Positions 28,459-38,295 of a DNA stretch of 64,000 bases are shown here, one piece after another. The stretch comes from Chlamydiales bacterium. GTDB lineage: Bacteria > Chlamydiota > Chlamydiia > Chlamydiales > SM23-39. Position 1 is the stretch's first letter; each line of letters opens with the position of its first letter. The notes below the pieces were generated by a model that ran no database searches, was not told the DNA's origin, and worked only from the letters and a program-made list of their open reading frames with translations. A program made the position numbers and the translations under genes. The stretch spans positions 12,156 through 76,155 of the forward strand of contig JAUXXF010000025.1 of assembly GCA_030681135.1 (NCBI GenBank), written 5' to 3'.

Positions 28459-31400
28459 ATGAATAAGTTTACGTATTTTTTTCTGACAACATTCATCAGT
28501 TCTCTTTGTGCAAATACCATCACTGTCAGCTCAACTGCTGATACAAATACAGCAGGAACTCTTCGCAATGCGATCTTAACTGCTCAGTCAGGAGATACCA
28601 TTACCTTTACTACAAGCATAACACCTCTAACACCTATAAACCTCACCAGTCCCCTTCCAGCCATTACACAGCAAAATCTCACCATCGCTGCAACAACAGG
28701 ATTCCCGGTAACCATTAACGGAAACGGAACTTATCAAGTTTTTTCCGCGGTACAACCAGGAGTAAATACAGGCCAGCTTACATTGCAAAATATCGTGATC
28801 ACAAATGGTCTTTCTATCGGAGGTACTGGAGGTGCGGCCGACGGTTCAGGGGGTGGCGGCGGTGGCGGCGCTGGAGGAGGCGGAGGTTTGTATGTCCATA
28901 CGGGATCCAACGTCACATTGCAAAACGTCCAACTTGCTAGCAACGCTGCCCAAGGTGGCAATGGAGGCGATGTCACTGGAGGATTAAATGGAGGGGGCGG
29001 TGGTGGTGGCTTTGGATCGACTCTCACAAACCAAGCTGGAGCAGGGGGTGCTGGTTCTAGTAGCGCTTCTGGAGGAGGCGGAGGAGGCGGTGGTGGAAAC
29101 CCCTCCGGAGGTAATGGCGGAAGTGGAGGAGCAGGACAAGCGGGAGGTTCTTCAACGAATGGCGTCGTAGGCGGAGGCGGAGGTGGAGGCAGCGGAAACG
29201 GAGCAGGCGGCGCAGCGTATGCTCCCATGACAACCCCAGCGCCCACCGGAGGCGGTCATTCTGGCGGTGGTGGTGGTGGAGGCGCTGGCTTAGGAGGTAA
29301 TGGCGCCGCAGGCTCTGCTTCAGGAGGAGGGATAGGAGGAATGGGGATAGGCCCTGACACCTATTTTGGCGGTGGCGGCGGTGGGGGCGCTAACGTCACT
29401 AGCTCTTCTGGAGTCCCTGGAGGTGCGGGCTTTGGAACGGGCGGTGGCGGCGGATCGTTTCAAGGTCCTGGAGGCAATGGAGGAGACGCTGGAGGAGGAG
29501 GCGGTGGAGGCTCTAGTGGAGGAGGAGCAACCATAGACAACTGCAATGGAGGAAACGGAGGATTTGGCGCTGGGGGAGGCGGAGGAGGCAGAAGCCGCAG
29601 CGGAGGGGGTGGCGGCGAGGGAGGAAGTTCACTCTTTGGAGGAGGAAGCGGAGATAATGGCACAGGAACTAGCAGCGGCAGAGGCGGCGGTGGCGCCGCT
29701 ATGGGAGGAAATATATTTATCCAAAACCAGGCTCGGCTGACAATCGGAGATAACGTATCGATCAGCGGAGGGATTACTAGCCCAGGGAGTGGCGGAGGAG
29801 GAGGTCCAAACGAGGGAACAGCTTACGGTCCAGATATTTTTCTTCGCTCTGGAGGAACTCTTATTTTTACGAACTCAGGGATCATGACGATCACAACCAA
29901 TATAGAGAGCGATGTAGAGGAGGGTGGCGGGACCGGTGGTGGCCTCATTATGCAAGGAACAGGAACTCTCGTTTTAGGAGACTCAAACACCTACACCTCA
30001 AGTACGCAAATTCTATCTGGCACATTGCAAATCTCTCAAGATACAAATCTTGGATACTCTACAAATACCGTAACCATACAAAACGGCATTTTGCAAACAA
30101 CCGCCAACATCAACTCCGCGAGAGCTTTCTCTTTGACAGGATCCTCTGCAACGATCAGCACTGACCCACTGACGACACTGACTCTTACCGGACTCATTGA
30201 TGGATCAGGATCATTGACCAAACAAGGAACAGGCACACTGATTCTGGATCCCACTTCTCTTCCGAATACATATACAGGAAATACAACCATTGCAGCCGGC
30301 ACGTTGCAAATTCAAGGTGATTCGGCCTTAGGCAATGCAACTAGCAGCGTCACCATGGCAAGCGGTTCTACCTTAGCTGTGGTCATTCCACCTTCCAGCA
30401 GTATTTCTTCTGCCCGCCCTTTTACCCTGCAATCAGGGCCTGCAACCATCAATGTGACTGCCAACCCTGCAACAGGACCTGCTATTCTTTTTCTTACAGG
30501 CAATATGCACGGCTCAGGTCAGCTTGTTAAAACAGGAGATCAAATCCTCGGTTTATTCGGAGTGAATTCTTACAGTGGCGGGACAGTCGTTAATGAAGGA
30601 ACTCTCATTGGCAATACAATCAGCCTACCTGGAGGAAATGCTACCATCAACTCTCCAGGGATACTCACTTTTTTGCAGGCAGCTACTGGAACCTACACTG
30701 GCATCATCTCTGGAAATGGGACTCTGGAAATTGGGGACGGAGCTAGCACTTTCCCCCAAGTGACCATGAGCGCAGATAGTTCGTCTTTTACTGGTCCAAC
30801 CACAGTTTATTTAGGAGGAAACGTAAATGTAACTGGCTCTCTTGCAGCTAGCGCCGTCACCGTTCAAGCTGGAGGTTTTCTTTCTGGAACTGGGACAATA
30901 GGAACCTTGGCAAACAGCGGCAATCTTCAACCTGGAAATCCCCTAGGGACGCTGACAGTCAATGGGAATCTAACTCTCTCTGGCTCTCCAAACTTTTTTG
31001 TCGACGTGTCGCCGACAAGCAGCAGTCTTTTGCAAGTACTCGGCACAGCTGCTTTAACAGGAACATTAACCATTACGCCAACCATCACCGGTTTTTATGG
31101 TCTAGGCAATACCTACACCATTCTTACAAGTACAGGACTTACAACAGGAACTTTTTCTCCCGTTCTTTCAGATCCCAATTTTATTACTTCGGTCAGTTAC
31201 TCTTCCAATGCTGTTGTTCTTACTCTTAAAGTAGAGCAGCCTTTTTTAAACTTCCCTTACGCAAATCCTAATGAAAAGAGCGTCGGCGAAAATATCGACG
31301 CTCTTTCAGAAGCTGGCTATCTCACAAGCGCCTCCCCTCTTGGCGAAGCGATCAACTCGCTTAGAGGATTTTCTGATGCTGCAATTAACCAAGCTCTAGA

Positions 31401-32355
31401 CCAGATGCATCCGGCTCCTTTTAGCGCTTTTGCAGAAATCCAAGCAGCTTTAGGAGGTCAGCTTCTTTCGATGTTTCACCGAAGGCCAGTGCCCGGATGT
31501 GCATGCTACAAACAGAGCAGACTTTGGGTAGAGCCTTATGGCAATTGGCTCAAAGAAAAAAACATTGGGTATGAATTGGGATTCAACGCCATTTCCAAAG
31601 GAGTTGCAGGAGGCATTGATACAGAGACCGAAGACGGAATCGTGTTTGGTCTTGGCGCCGGATGGAACGACACTCATATGCAATGGCGAAGAGGACAAGG
31701 CCATAGCACGATTACAGGATACTACGGCGCTGTTTATATCGATTATGCAACTGACAATTTCTATCTTGGTCTTTCTGGAATTGGAGGCTATGATACATGC
31801 AATTCTTCGAGACATCTCCAATTTTCCACGATTAACGAACACGCAAATGCCTCTCGCCACAACGTAGAGATGATGGGGCAATTGGCAAGCGCTATCTTTT
31901 TTGGGCCCTCCGCCTGTTTTGCATTCCCCTATTTCAACTTGGATTATTTTTATTTGCGAGAAGGGAAAGCTCAGGAAAGTGGCGCGCCTGGACTAAATCT
32001 TTCAGTAAGCAGACACTCGAGCAGCACGCTTCGCTCAGAGGTTGGATTTGCTGTACAAGTACAAGATATCAACAGAGCCAACACCATGTGCGTTTCCCCT
32101 CTCTTTGGACTCGGTTGGGCAATGGAGATGCCTTTGCATAGACCTAAATATAAAGCTACCTTTGAAGATCAACCGATCCCCTTTTATGTACAAGGATGGG
32201 ACTACACATGGCAGCTATTTACCTTGCGATTTGGATTTACGATCACCTATCGATGTCTTTCTCTTGCTGGAAGCTACATCGCAGAGATGTCTCCTTTGAA
32301 GCAGACTCCCTTTTTTGATCAACGAGGAGATCTTCGTTTGGAATGGAGTTGGTAA
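28459..32355 (+). CDS. Pmp-like autotransporter, glycine-rich passenger (copy 1)
   Basis: 1298 aa. In order: signal peptide MNKFTYFFLTTFISSLCA; N-terminal ...TAGTLRNAILTAQSGDTITF motif; a ~340-aa Gly-rich tract; repeated GTGTL.L....NTYT..T.I..GTLQ autotransporter-associated beta-strand repeats; a C-terminal beta-barrel ending ...LRLEWSW. Confidence 0.85.
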   Translation: MNKFTYFFLTTFISSLCANTITVSSTADTNTAGTLRNAILTAQSGDTITFTTSITPLTPINLTSPLPAITQQNLTIAATTGFPVTINGNGTYQVFSAVQPGVNTGQLTLQNIVITNGLSIGGTGGAADGSGGGGGGGAGGGGGLYVHTGSNVTLQNVQLASNAAQGGNGGDVTGGLNGGGGGGGFGSTLTNQAGAGGAGSSSASGGGGGGGGGNPSGGNGGSGGAGQAGGSSTNGVVGGGGGGGSGNGAGGAAYAPMTTPAPTGGGHSGGGGGGGAGLGGNGAAGSASGGGIGGMGIGPDTYFGGGGGGGANVTSSSGVPGGAGFGTGGGGGSFQGPGGNGGDAGGGGGGGSSGGGATIDNCNGGNGGFGAGGGGGGRSRSGGGGGEGGSSLFGGGSGDNGTGTSSGRGGGGAAMGGNIFIQNQARLTIGDNVSISGGITSPGSGGGGGPNEGTAYGPDIFLRSGGTLIFTNSGIMTITTNIESDVEEGGGTGGGLIMQGTGTLVLGDSNTYTSSTQILSGTLQISQDTNLGYSTNTVTIQNGILQTTANINSARAFSLTGSSATISTDPLTTLTLTGLIDGSGSLTKQGTGTLILDPTSLPNTYTGNTTIAAGTLQIQGDSALGNATSSVTMASGSTLAVVIPPSSSISSARPFTLQSGPATINVTANPATGPAILFLTGNMHGSGQLVKTGDQILGLFGVNSYSGGTVVNEGTLIGNTISLPGGNATINSPGILTFLQAATGTYTGIISGNGTLEIGDGASTFPQVTMSADSSSFTGPTTVYLGGNVNVTGSLAASAVTVQAGGFLSGTGTIGTLANSGNLQPGNPLGTLTVNGNLTLSGSPNFFVDVSPTSSSLLQVLGTAALTGTLTITPTITGFYGLGNTYTILTSTGLTTGTFSPVLSDPNFITSVSYSSNAVVLTLKVEQPFLNFPYANPNEKSVGENIDALSEAGYLTSASPLGEAINSLRGFSDAAINQALDQMHPAPFSAFAEIQAALGGQLLSMFHRRPVPGCACYKQSRLWVEPYGNWLKEKNIGYELGFNAISKGVAGGIDTETEDGIVFGLGAGWNDTHMQWRRGQGHSTITGYYGAVYIDYATDNFYLGLSGIGGYDTCNSSRHLQFSTINEHANASRHNVEMMGQLASAIFFGPSACFAFPYFNLDYFYLREGKAQESGAPGLNLSVSRHSSSTLRSEVGFAVQVQDINRANTMCVSPLFGLGWAMEMPLHRPKYKATFEDQPIPFYVQGWDYTWQLFTLRFGFTITYRCLSLAGSYIAEMSPLKQTPFFDQRGDLRLEWSW

Positions 32356-35300
32356 TGCGCTATAGATGTTTACTTATTTGTTTACTCAGTCCCTTTTATC
32401 TGGCAGCGCAAGTCAACACAAATACTGATCCTGCGACACCTGTGGCAGGTACACTTCGCTATGCCATATTAAATGCCGCTCCTGGCGACACGATTACTAT
32501 CAATTTAGCAAGTCCCAACAACGTAATTACCCTTACCGGTCCTTTGCCAACCATTACGCAAACCAACCTCACCATTAGCGCAGCTTCAAGTTCAGCGCCT
32601 GTCACAATCGATGGCGCAGGCAGCTATCACATCTTTTCAGCTGTCCAAAATAATGACCCGTTGGAAAACATCACGCTGCAAAACATCACGTTGCAAAATG
32701 GGGCATCGAAAGGAGGCAACGGAGGTTCGGGGCATCAGGGGGGCGGAGGAGGCGCCGGAGGAGGAGGAGGTTTGTATGTCCACACCGGAAGCCATGTCAC
32801 TCTCAATTCAATCGTCTTCAATAACAATCAAGCTATAGGAGGAAACGGAGGAGTGGCCGGAGGTAACGGAGACAGAGGAGGAGGCGGTGGTGGCGGCTTT
32901 GGCGGAGGAAACGGGGGCAATACAACAGGCGGCGATTCTACTGGAGGTGGGGGTGGTGGCGTTGCAGGAGGCCGTGGGGGAGATAACAGCGCTCTCGCTG
33001 GAGCTGGTGGCCGTTCAGGATTTGTGCAAAGTGGCGGTGGAGGAGGGGGAAGCTCCACTGAAAATGGAGGGGTAGCCTACCGACCTCAAGATGCTACTCT
33101 TTCTTACTCTGGAGGAACAGGTTCAGGAGGAGGAGGTGGAGGAGCTGGAGCTGGAGGAGCCGGAAGTGGCGCCAATGGAATTGGGGGAACGGGGGGACCT
33201 GGAATTGGAATCGACCAATTATTTGCGGGGGGAGGAGGCGGAGGAGCTAGCACCTCTACTGCGCAAAATGGAGGGGCCGGAACAGGGATGGGAGGAGGGG
33301 GAGGCGCAAATTCCGGGTCTGGAAATTCCAGAGCTGGAGGTGCTGGAGGAAGTTTAGGTGGCGGGGGGGGCGCAGGATCCAACAGAAACGACGACAGCAT
33401 TGGCGGCCAGGGAGGCTTTGGAGGAGGAGGGGGCGGAGGGAAAACTGGCGGCATCAGCATCTTCGCAGGAGGCACTGGAGAAGACGCAGTCAGTGGAGGC
33501 GGAGGCGCTGCGCTCGGAGGGGCGATTTATGTGCAAAATGGAGCAACTCTTACCATTCTCAATGCCAGTTTTAGCGGAAATACCGTCACACCGGGAACAG
33601 GAGGATCTCCTGTAGCGCTAGCGCTCAGCAATGATCTTTTTATCCGCTCTGGAGGCACAGTCACCTTTCAAAACGCAAGCCCTGTCACCATTACTAGCAA
33701 CATAGAGAGTGATGAGGGCGTTGGCGGCGGCACTGGAGGCGGCATCATCATGCAAGGAACTGGGACTCTCACGTTGGGATCAAGCGATCTAACGACAGGA
33801 CTCAATACTTACACCGAAAGCACGCAAATTCTCTCTGGCACACTCCAAGTCTTCCAAGATGCCAATCTTGGCAGCTCTTCCAATTCTGTGACGATAGGAA
33901 ACGGCACCCTGCAAGCGCTGGGATCTTTTAGTTCGCCGCGCAGCATTACACTCAGCGGTTCAGCCATAGTCAACACAGGTTTAAGCAGTACATTGACCCT
34001 CACAGGCATCATCACCGGCGCAGGGAGCCTTTCAGTAACAGGAACCGGAGTCCTTGCCTTGCAAGGAGTCAATACCTACATCTCAAGCACGCAAATTGTA
34101 TCTGGCACGCTGCAAATCGCTCAAGATTCCAACCTGGGCAACTCTTCTAATAATCTTGTGATACAAAATGGCACGCTACAAATTATGCCTGGTTTTGCCT
34201 CCAGCAGCAGACCTATTTCTCTCACAGGTGCAGCTACGATCGACACTCAAGCAAATAACTTTACTCCAACAGGAACGATCAGCGGCTCAGGGAGCCTGAC
34301 GAAAGTAGGAACAGGCACACTCATTCTTTCCCCTGGCAATACATATTCTGGAGGGACAAACCTCTCGGCAGGGACCATCAGTTTTAGCGCCAACACTTCT
34401 CTAGATGATTCAGCTTTGGGAGCGTTGAATAAACAAGTAAGCCTCGCCTCCGGAACAACCCTCATCGCAACGGGAACGAATCCCATTCATTCAACACGCC
34501 CTTTTGTCTTGCAAGATCCAGCAATTCCTCCTGCAACCTTTGATGTACAAGCTTCGGCTCCTTTTACTATCAACGGCTCTATCACAGGCGATGGAGCACT
34601 TACAAAGACAGGCCCCGGAGATCTAGTCCTCTTTGGAGCTAATTCCTATAGCGGTGGCACAACAATCACGCAAAATAGGCTCGTTGGGAATACCTCAGGT
34701 TTGCAAGGGACGATCACCTTCAATAATCCAACCACGCTCGTCTTTGTCCAAGCAGCCTCTGGAACGTTTCAAGGAACGTTGGTTGGCAATGGAACCCTTC
34801 AAATAGGAGACACCCCTGCTCCCCCCTCTCTTCTACCGCCTGTCATCATCGCCAATGCAAATCCCTTATTTACGGGTCCTACAAATATTCTTTCCGGAGG
34901 AAACCTAAAAGTAAACGGCTCTTTAGCGAATAGTTCTTTAATGACGATCTCTTTAGGAGGTCTACTTACTGGAACTGGAATTGTAGGTCCGTTGACAAGC
35001 TCCGGCTGGGTTGAGCCTGGCAATAGCATAGGAACATTGACCGTCCAAGGAGATTTAACGCTGCTGCCTTCCTCGAATTTTCTTGTCCAGATTTCTCCTA
35101 CGGAAGCGAGTTTACTTCAGGTGCTTGGAAATGCGGCTTTGGATGGAACGGTCACAGTATTGCCCTTGTTCCCCTCTGGTTTTTATGGCATCGGCAATAG
35201 CTATACAATCTTGACCAATACAGGAGTCCAATCAGGAACATTTGCTCCCATTCCCCCCTCACCCAATTTAGAAGCAACCCTATCGTATTTTCCCCATTCC

Positions 35301-36443
35301 GTGATTCTGAATATAAAAGTCGAAAAGCCTTTCCTCAATTTTCCCTACGAAAATCCCAATGAACAAAGTGTAGGCGAAAATATCAATGCTCTTTCGGCAG
35401 CAGGCGATATCCCTGCTGGATCTCCCCTGGCACAGGCAATTAATTCGCTGATAGGACTTTCGAATTCACAAATCGATCGAGCTCTCGATCAAATGCATCC
35501 AGCGCCTTTTAGCGCCTTTGCAGAAATTCAAGCGGCTCTGGGAGGCCAGCTTCTTTCGATGTTCCACAGAAGGCCCGCTCCTGGTTGCGCCTGTTTTAAC
35601 GGCAGCCGTTTATGGCTAGAACCTTATGGCAACTGGCTCAAAGAAAAAAACGTTGGATACCAAGTAGGTTTTAACGCGATTTCGAAAGGAGTTGCAGGAG
35701 GAATTGATACGGAGACGGAAGATGGTCTCATCTTTGGCCTTGGCGCGGGCTGGAATGATACGGAGATGCAGTGGAGGCGCGGTCAAGGTCACAGCACCAT
35801 TCGAGGATGGTTTGGAGGCGCCTACATCGATTATACAAGCGACAACTTTTATCTTGGCCTTTCTGGTCTTGGAGCCTATGACTCTTGCGAATCTTCAAGA
35901 CATATTCAATTTTCTACCGTCAACGAACGGGCCAGCGCAAAACGTCATAACGTCGAAATGATGGGACAATTTGCAAGCGCTGTGTTCTTCGGCCCCGACT
36001 CTTGCTTTGCCTTCCCCTATTTCAACCTAGATTATTTTTACTTAAGAGAAGGAAGCGCTCAAGAAAGCGGCGCGCCCGGCCTTAATCTCTCAGTCAGCAG
36101 ACACTCTAGCAGCACGCTCCGCTCAGAGGCTGGATTTGCTGTACAAGTGCAAGATATGAATAAAGCTAATACGATGTGCGTTTCTCCCCTCTTTGGACTC
36201 GGATGGGCGATGGAGCTGCCACTACAGCGGCCCAAGTATAAAGCTTCTTTTGAAGGAGAACCAATCCCTTTTTACACACAAGGGTGGGACTATACATGGC
36301 AACTATTTACCCTGCGCTTTGGGTTTAGCATTACGTATCGATGTCTTTCTATTTGGGGAGGATATACAGCAGAAATGTCTCCCCTGGAGCGAACTCCATT
36401 TTTTGATCAGCGAGGAGACATTCGTTTAGAATATAGCTGGTAA
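32355..36443 (+). CDS. Pmp-like autotransporter, glycine-rich passenger (copy 2)
   Basis: Same architecture as copy 1. It contains GGAIYVQNGATLTILNASFSGN (GGAI plus FxxN). The C-terminal third is closely similar to copy 1 and ends ...IRLEYSW. The preferred start is the ATG at 32355 (TAATG overlap, then signal peptide MRYRCLLICLLSPFYLAAQ). The track start at 32343 adds MELV. Confidence 0.85.
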   Translation: MRYRCLLICLLSPFYLAAQVNTNTDPATPVAGTLRYAILNAAPGDTITINLASPNNVITLTGPLPTITQTNLTISAASSSAPVTIDGAGSYHIFSAVQNNDPLENITLQNITLQNGASKGGNGGSGHQGGGGGAGGGGGLYVHTGSHVTLNSIVFNNNQAIGGNGGVAGGNGDRGGGGGGGFGGGNGGNTTGGDSTGGGGGGVAGGRGGDNSALAGAGGRSGFVQSGGGGGGSSTENGGVAYRPQDATLSYSGGTGSGGGGGGAGAGGAGSGANGIGGTGGPGIGIDQLFAGGGGGGASTSTAQNGGAGTGMGGGGGANSGSGNSRAGGAGGSLGGGGGAGSNRNDDSIGGQGGFGGGGGGGKTGGISIFAGGTGEDAVSGGGGAALGGAIYVQNGATLTILNASFSGNTVTPGTGGSPVALALSNDLFIRSGGTVTFQNASPVTITSNIESDEGVGGGTGGGIIMQGTGTLTLGSSDLTTGLNTYTESTQILSGTLQVFQDANLGSSSNSVTIGNGTLQALGSFSSPRSITLSGSAIVNTGLSSTLTLTGIITGAGSLSVTGTGVLALQGVNTYISSTQIVSGTLQIAQDSNLGNSSNNLVIQNGTLQIMPGFASSSRPISLTGAATIDTQANNFTPTGTISGSGSLTKVGTGTLILSPGNTYSGGTNLSAGTISFSANTSLDDSALGALNKQVSLASGTTLIATGTNPIHSTRPFVLQDPAIPPATFDVQASAPFTINGSITGDGALTKTGPGDLVLFGANSYSGGTTITQNRLVGNTSGLQGTITFNNPTTLVFVQAASGTFQGTLVGNGTLQIGDTPAPPSLLPPVIIANANPLFTGPTNILSGGNLKVNGSLANSSLMTISLGGLLTGTGIVGPLTSSGWVEPGNSIGTLTVQGDLTLLPSSNFLVQISPTEASLLQVLGNAALDGTVTVLPLFPSGFYGIGNSYTILTNTGVQSGTFAPIPPSPNLEATLSYFPHSVILNIKVEKPFLNFPYENPNEQSVGENINALSAAGDIPAGSPLAQAINSLIGLSNSQIDRALDQMHPAPFSAFAEIQAALGGQLLSMFHRRPAPGCACFNGSRLWLEPYGNWLKEKNVGYQVGFNAISKGVAGGIDTETEDGLIFGLGAGWNDTEMQWRRGQGHSTIRGWFGGAYIDYTSDNFYLGLSGLGAYDSCESSRHIQFSTVNERASAKRHNVEMMGQFASAVFFGPDSCFAFPYFNLDYFYLREGSAQESGAPGLNLSVSRHSSSTLRSEAGFAVQVQDMNKANTMCVSPLFGLGWAMELPLQRPKYKASFEGEPIPFYTQGWDYTWQLFTLRFGFSITYRCLSIWGGYTAEMSPLERTPFFDQRGDIRLEYSW

Positions 36444-36450
36444 AAGAAAC

Positions 36451-36561
36451 TTATCCGCTTTTATTCATTTTCTTTTCTTTCTTTTTCGCCTTACGTTCTT
36501 TAGGAGTCAGTGTAGGCTGTTTTCTTTCATCTTTTCTATGTTTTACAACTTCTTTTGTCAT
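36451..36561 (-). CDS. possible small basic protein (36 aa)
   Basis: Own translation: MTKEVVKHRKDERKQPTLTPKERKAKKKEKKMNKSG. GGAG lies 8 nt upstream of the ATG (36561). Below the ORF-track size cutoff. No other support. Confidence 0.3.
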   Translation of the reverse strand: MTKEVVKHRKDERKQPTLTPKERKAKKKEKKMNKSG

Positions 36562-36687
36562 ATATATTTCTCCATTTGAAGGCGCCCTGAATAGGCACCG
36601 TCTCGCATCATAAACTTTCTCGAAAAATTATCAAGAAAATAACTTGAAAATCTTCTATGCTTAAGGTTCGCCAAAATGGAGATTTTT

Positions 36688-38295
36688 ATGCAAAGACTAT
36701 TATGTATCCTCTTCATCCTACCCTGCTTTGTTTTCTCTTCTCTTAAAGAAATGACTCTGGAAGAAAAAGTCGGACAAATACTCATGGTTCATTTCCAGGG
36801 AGAACAGGCGAATGAAGATGCAAAAACGCTCATCCAAAAAATCCATGTAGGCGGAATCATTTACTATAATTGGGCCAATGGCCTGTATGGACCAGAGCAA
36901 GTCTTAGAGCTGAGCTCAGGGCTACAAACACTAGCAGAGAAAAATCGTTTAGCCGTTCCCCTTTTCATCGCTGTGGATCAAGAAGGAGGGCTTGTTGCAA
37001 GGTTAACGCAAGGATTCACTATATTCCCTGGCAATAAAGCACTCGGCATGACAAAAGATCCAACTCTTGCTAAAGAGTGCGCTGAGGCCATGGGAGAAGA
37101 ACTGAGCGCCGTCGGCGTGAATTTCAATCTTTCTCCTGTGGTCGATGTCAACAGCAATCCACGCAATCCCGTGATTGGAATCCGCTCTTTTGGAGACAAC
37201 GCGGAAGAGGTGGCAGTTTTTGGCAAAGAAGCTCTCGAGGGATACCGCAAAGCAAACATCATTACCTCCTTAAAACATTTCCCAGGACATGGAGATGTTG
37301 AAATAGATTCTCATCAAGATCTGCCTGTTATTGAAAAATCAAAAGAGCAGATGCAGAAAATAGAACTTCTCCCCTTTTCGCATCTTGCAGCTCACGCAGA
37401 TACCATCATGACAGCACATGTGTTAGTGCCCTCTATCGATCCTCATCACTGCGCAACGTTGTCTAAACCTCTCTTAGATATTCTTCGCAAAGAGATGCAC
37501 TTTGAAGGAGTGATTATCAGCGATTCTCTTGTCATGGCAGGCCTGCTTAAAAACTGTCCTTCCATCGATGAAGCAGCTGTGCAAGCATTGAATGCAGGCT
37601 GCGATATCATCCTTTTAGGTGGAAGGCAACTTGCTGGAAACGATACATGTTTAGAACTCACAGTAGCAGACATTCAACGGATCCATCAATTCCTCGTCCA
37701 AGCTGTAAAAGATGGACACATCACTGAAACAAGACTCGATGTGGCTGTCGAAAGAATTTTGGCTTTAAAAACCAAATATGCCCTTAGAGCGGCCACCCCC
37801 ACTAAAGAAGAGCTTCCCCTGCTCATGCGTCAAAAAGAGCATAAGGTTCTTGCAGAAAAAATTGCAGCGCTTGCTTTAAAGACCAGTAACAAAGAAGCAC
37901 ATGTCGCTTCCTTAACAAACTCCAAAATAGCCCTTTTTGCTCCGCAAATGCTTCAAAACACGATCAAAGAAACTTCGCTTTTACAATTAAGCAAAAAAAT
38001 GGACATTCTCTTTTTTACAGGCCTCTCCCCTACTCAAGAAGAATTGCAACAAGCTGAAACAATAGCAAAAGAAGCTGATGCGCTGATTGTTTGTTCTTAC
38101 AACGCCTGGAAAAATTCATCACAAGAAAAACTGATCCAGATCTTAGCTAAAACAGAAAAAGAGCTGATCTTGATTGCACTAAGAGACCCACTCGATGCGG
38201 CAATCTGCTCTGAGACAGCCTTTACAATCACAACTTTTAGTCCAACAGCTCCAGCTATTGAGGCTGCTTACCATCAACTTTTAAAGAAATTATAA
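36688..38295 (+). CDS. glycoside hydrolase family 3 beta-N-acetylhexosaminidase (NagZ/YbbD-like), secreted
   Basis: AVDQEGGLVARL, KHFPGHGD and VIISDSLVMAG are GH3 motifs, with an extra C-terminal domain. The ATG at 36688 has GGAG 6 nt upstream and yields signal peptide MQRLLCILFILPCFVFSS. The track start is 36676. Confidence 0.85.
   Translation: MQRLLCILFILPCFVFSSLKEMTLEEKVGQILMVHFQGEQANEDAKTLIQKIHVGGIIYYNWANGLYGPEQVLELSSGLQTLAEKNRLAVPLFIAVDQEGGLVARLTQGFTIFPGNKALGMTKDPTLAKECAEAMGEELSAVGVNFNLSPVVDVNSNPRNPVIGIRSFGDNAEEVAVFGKEALEGYRKANIITSLKHFPGHGDVEIDSHQDLPVIEKSKEQMQKIELLPFSHLAAHADTIMTAHVLVPSIDPHHCATLSKPLLDILRKEMHFEGVIISDSLVMAGLLKNCPSIDEAAVQALNAGCDIILLGGRQLAGNDTCLELTVADIQRIHQFLVQAVKDGHITETRLDVAVERILALKTKYALRAATPTKEELPLLMRQKEHKVLAEKIAALALKTSNKEAHVASLTNSKIALFAPQMLQNTIKETSLLQLSKKMDILFFTGLSPTQEELQQAETIAKEADALIVCSYNAWKNSSQEKLIQILAKTEKELILIALRDPLDAAICSETAFTITTFSPTAPAIEAAYHQLLKKL

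Noticed and set aside
28734-29246. Long proline-rich ORFs on the minus strand of the autotransporter genes (also 29460-29663, 32828-33058, 33104-33475).
   Set aside because: They are the antisense reading of GGN glycine codons (NCC = Pro). They lie wholly inside much longer, motif-supported plus-strand genes and have no start context.
32343-32354. Four-codon upstream extension (MELV) of the second autotransporter, giving a 13-nt overlap with the first.
   Set aside because: The ATG at 32355 gives a TAATG stop/start junction and begins directly with a typical signal peptide. The extension adds an acidic residue before it. It is kept as an alternative only.
36558-36785. 75-aa minus-strand ORF overlapping the GH3 gene start.
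   Set aside because: It is antisense to the GH3 signal-peptide region, with no RBS. The 36-codon ORF just downstream in a different frame has the SD.
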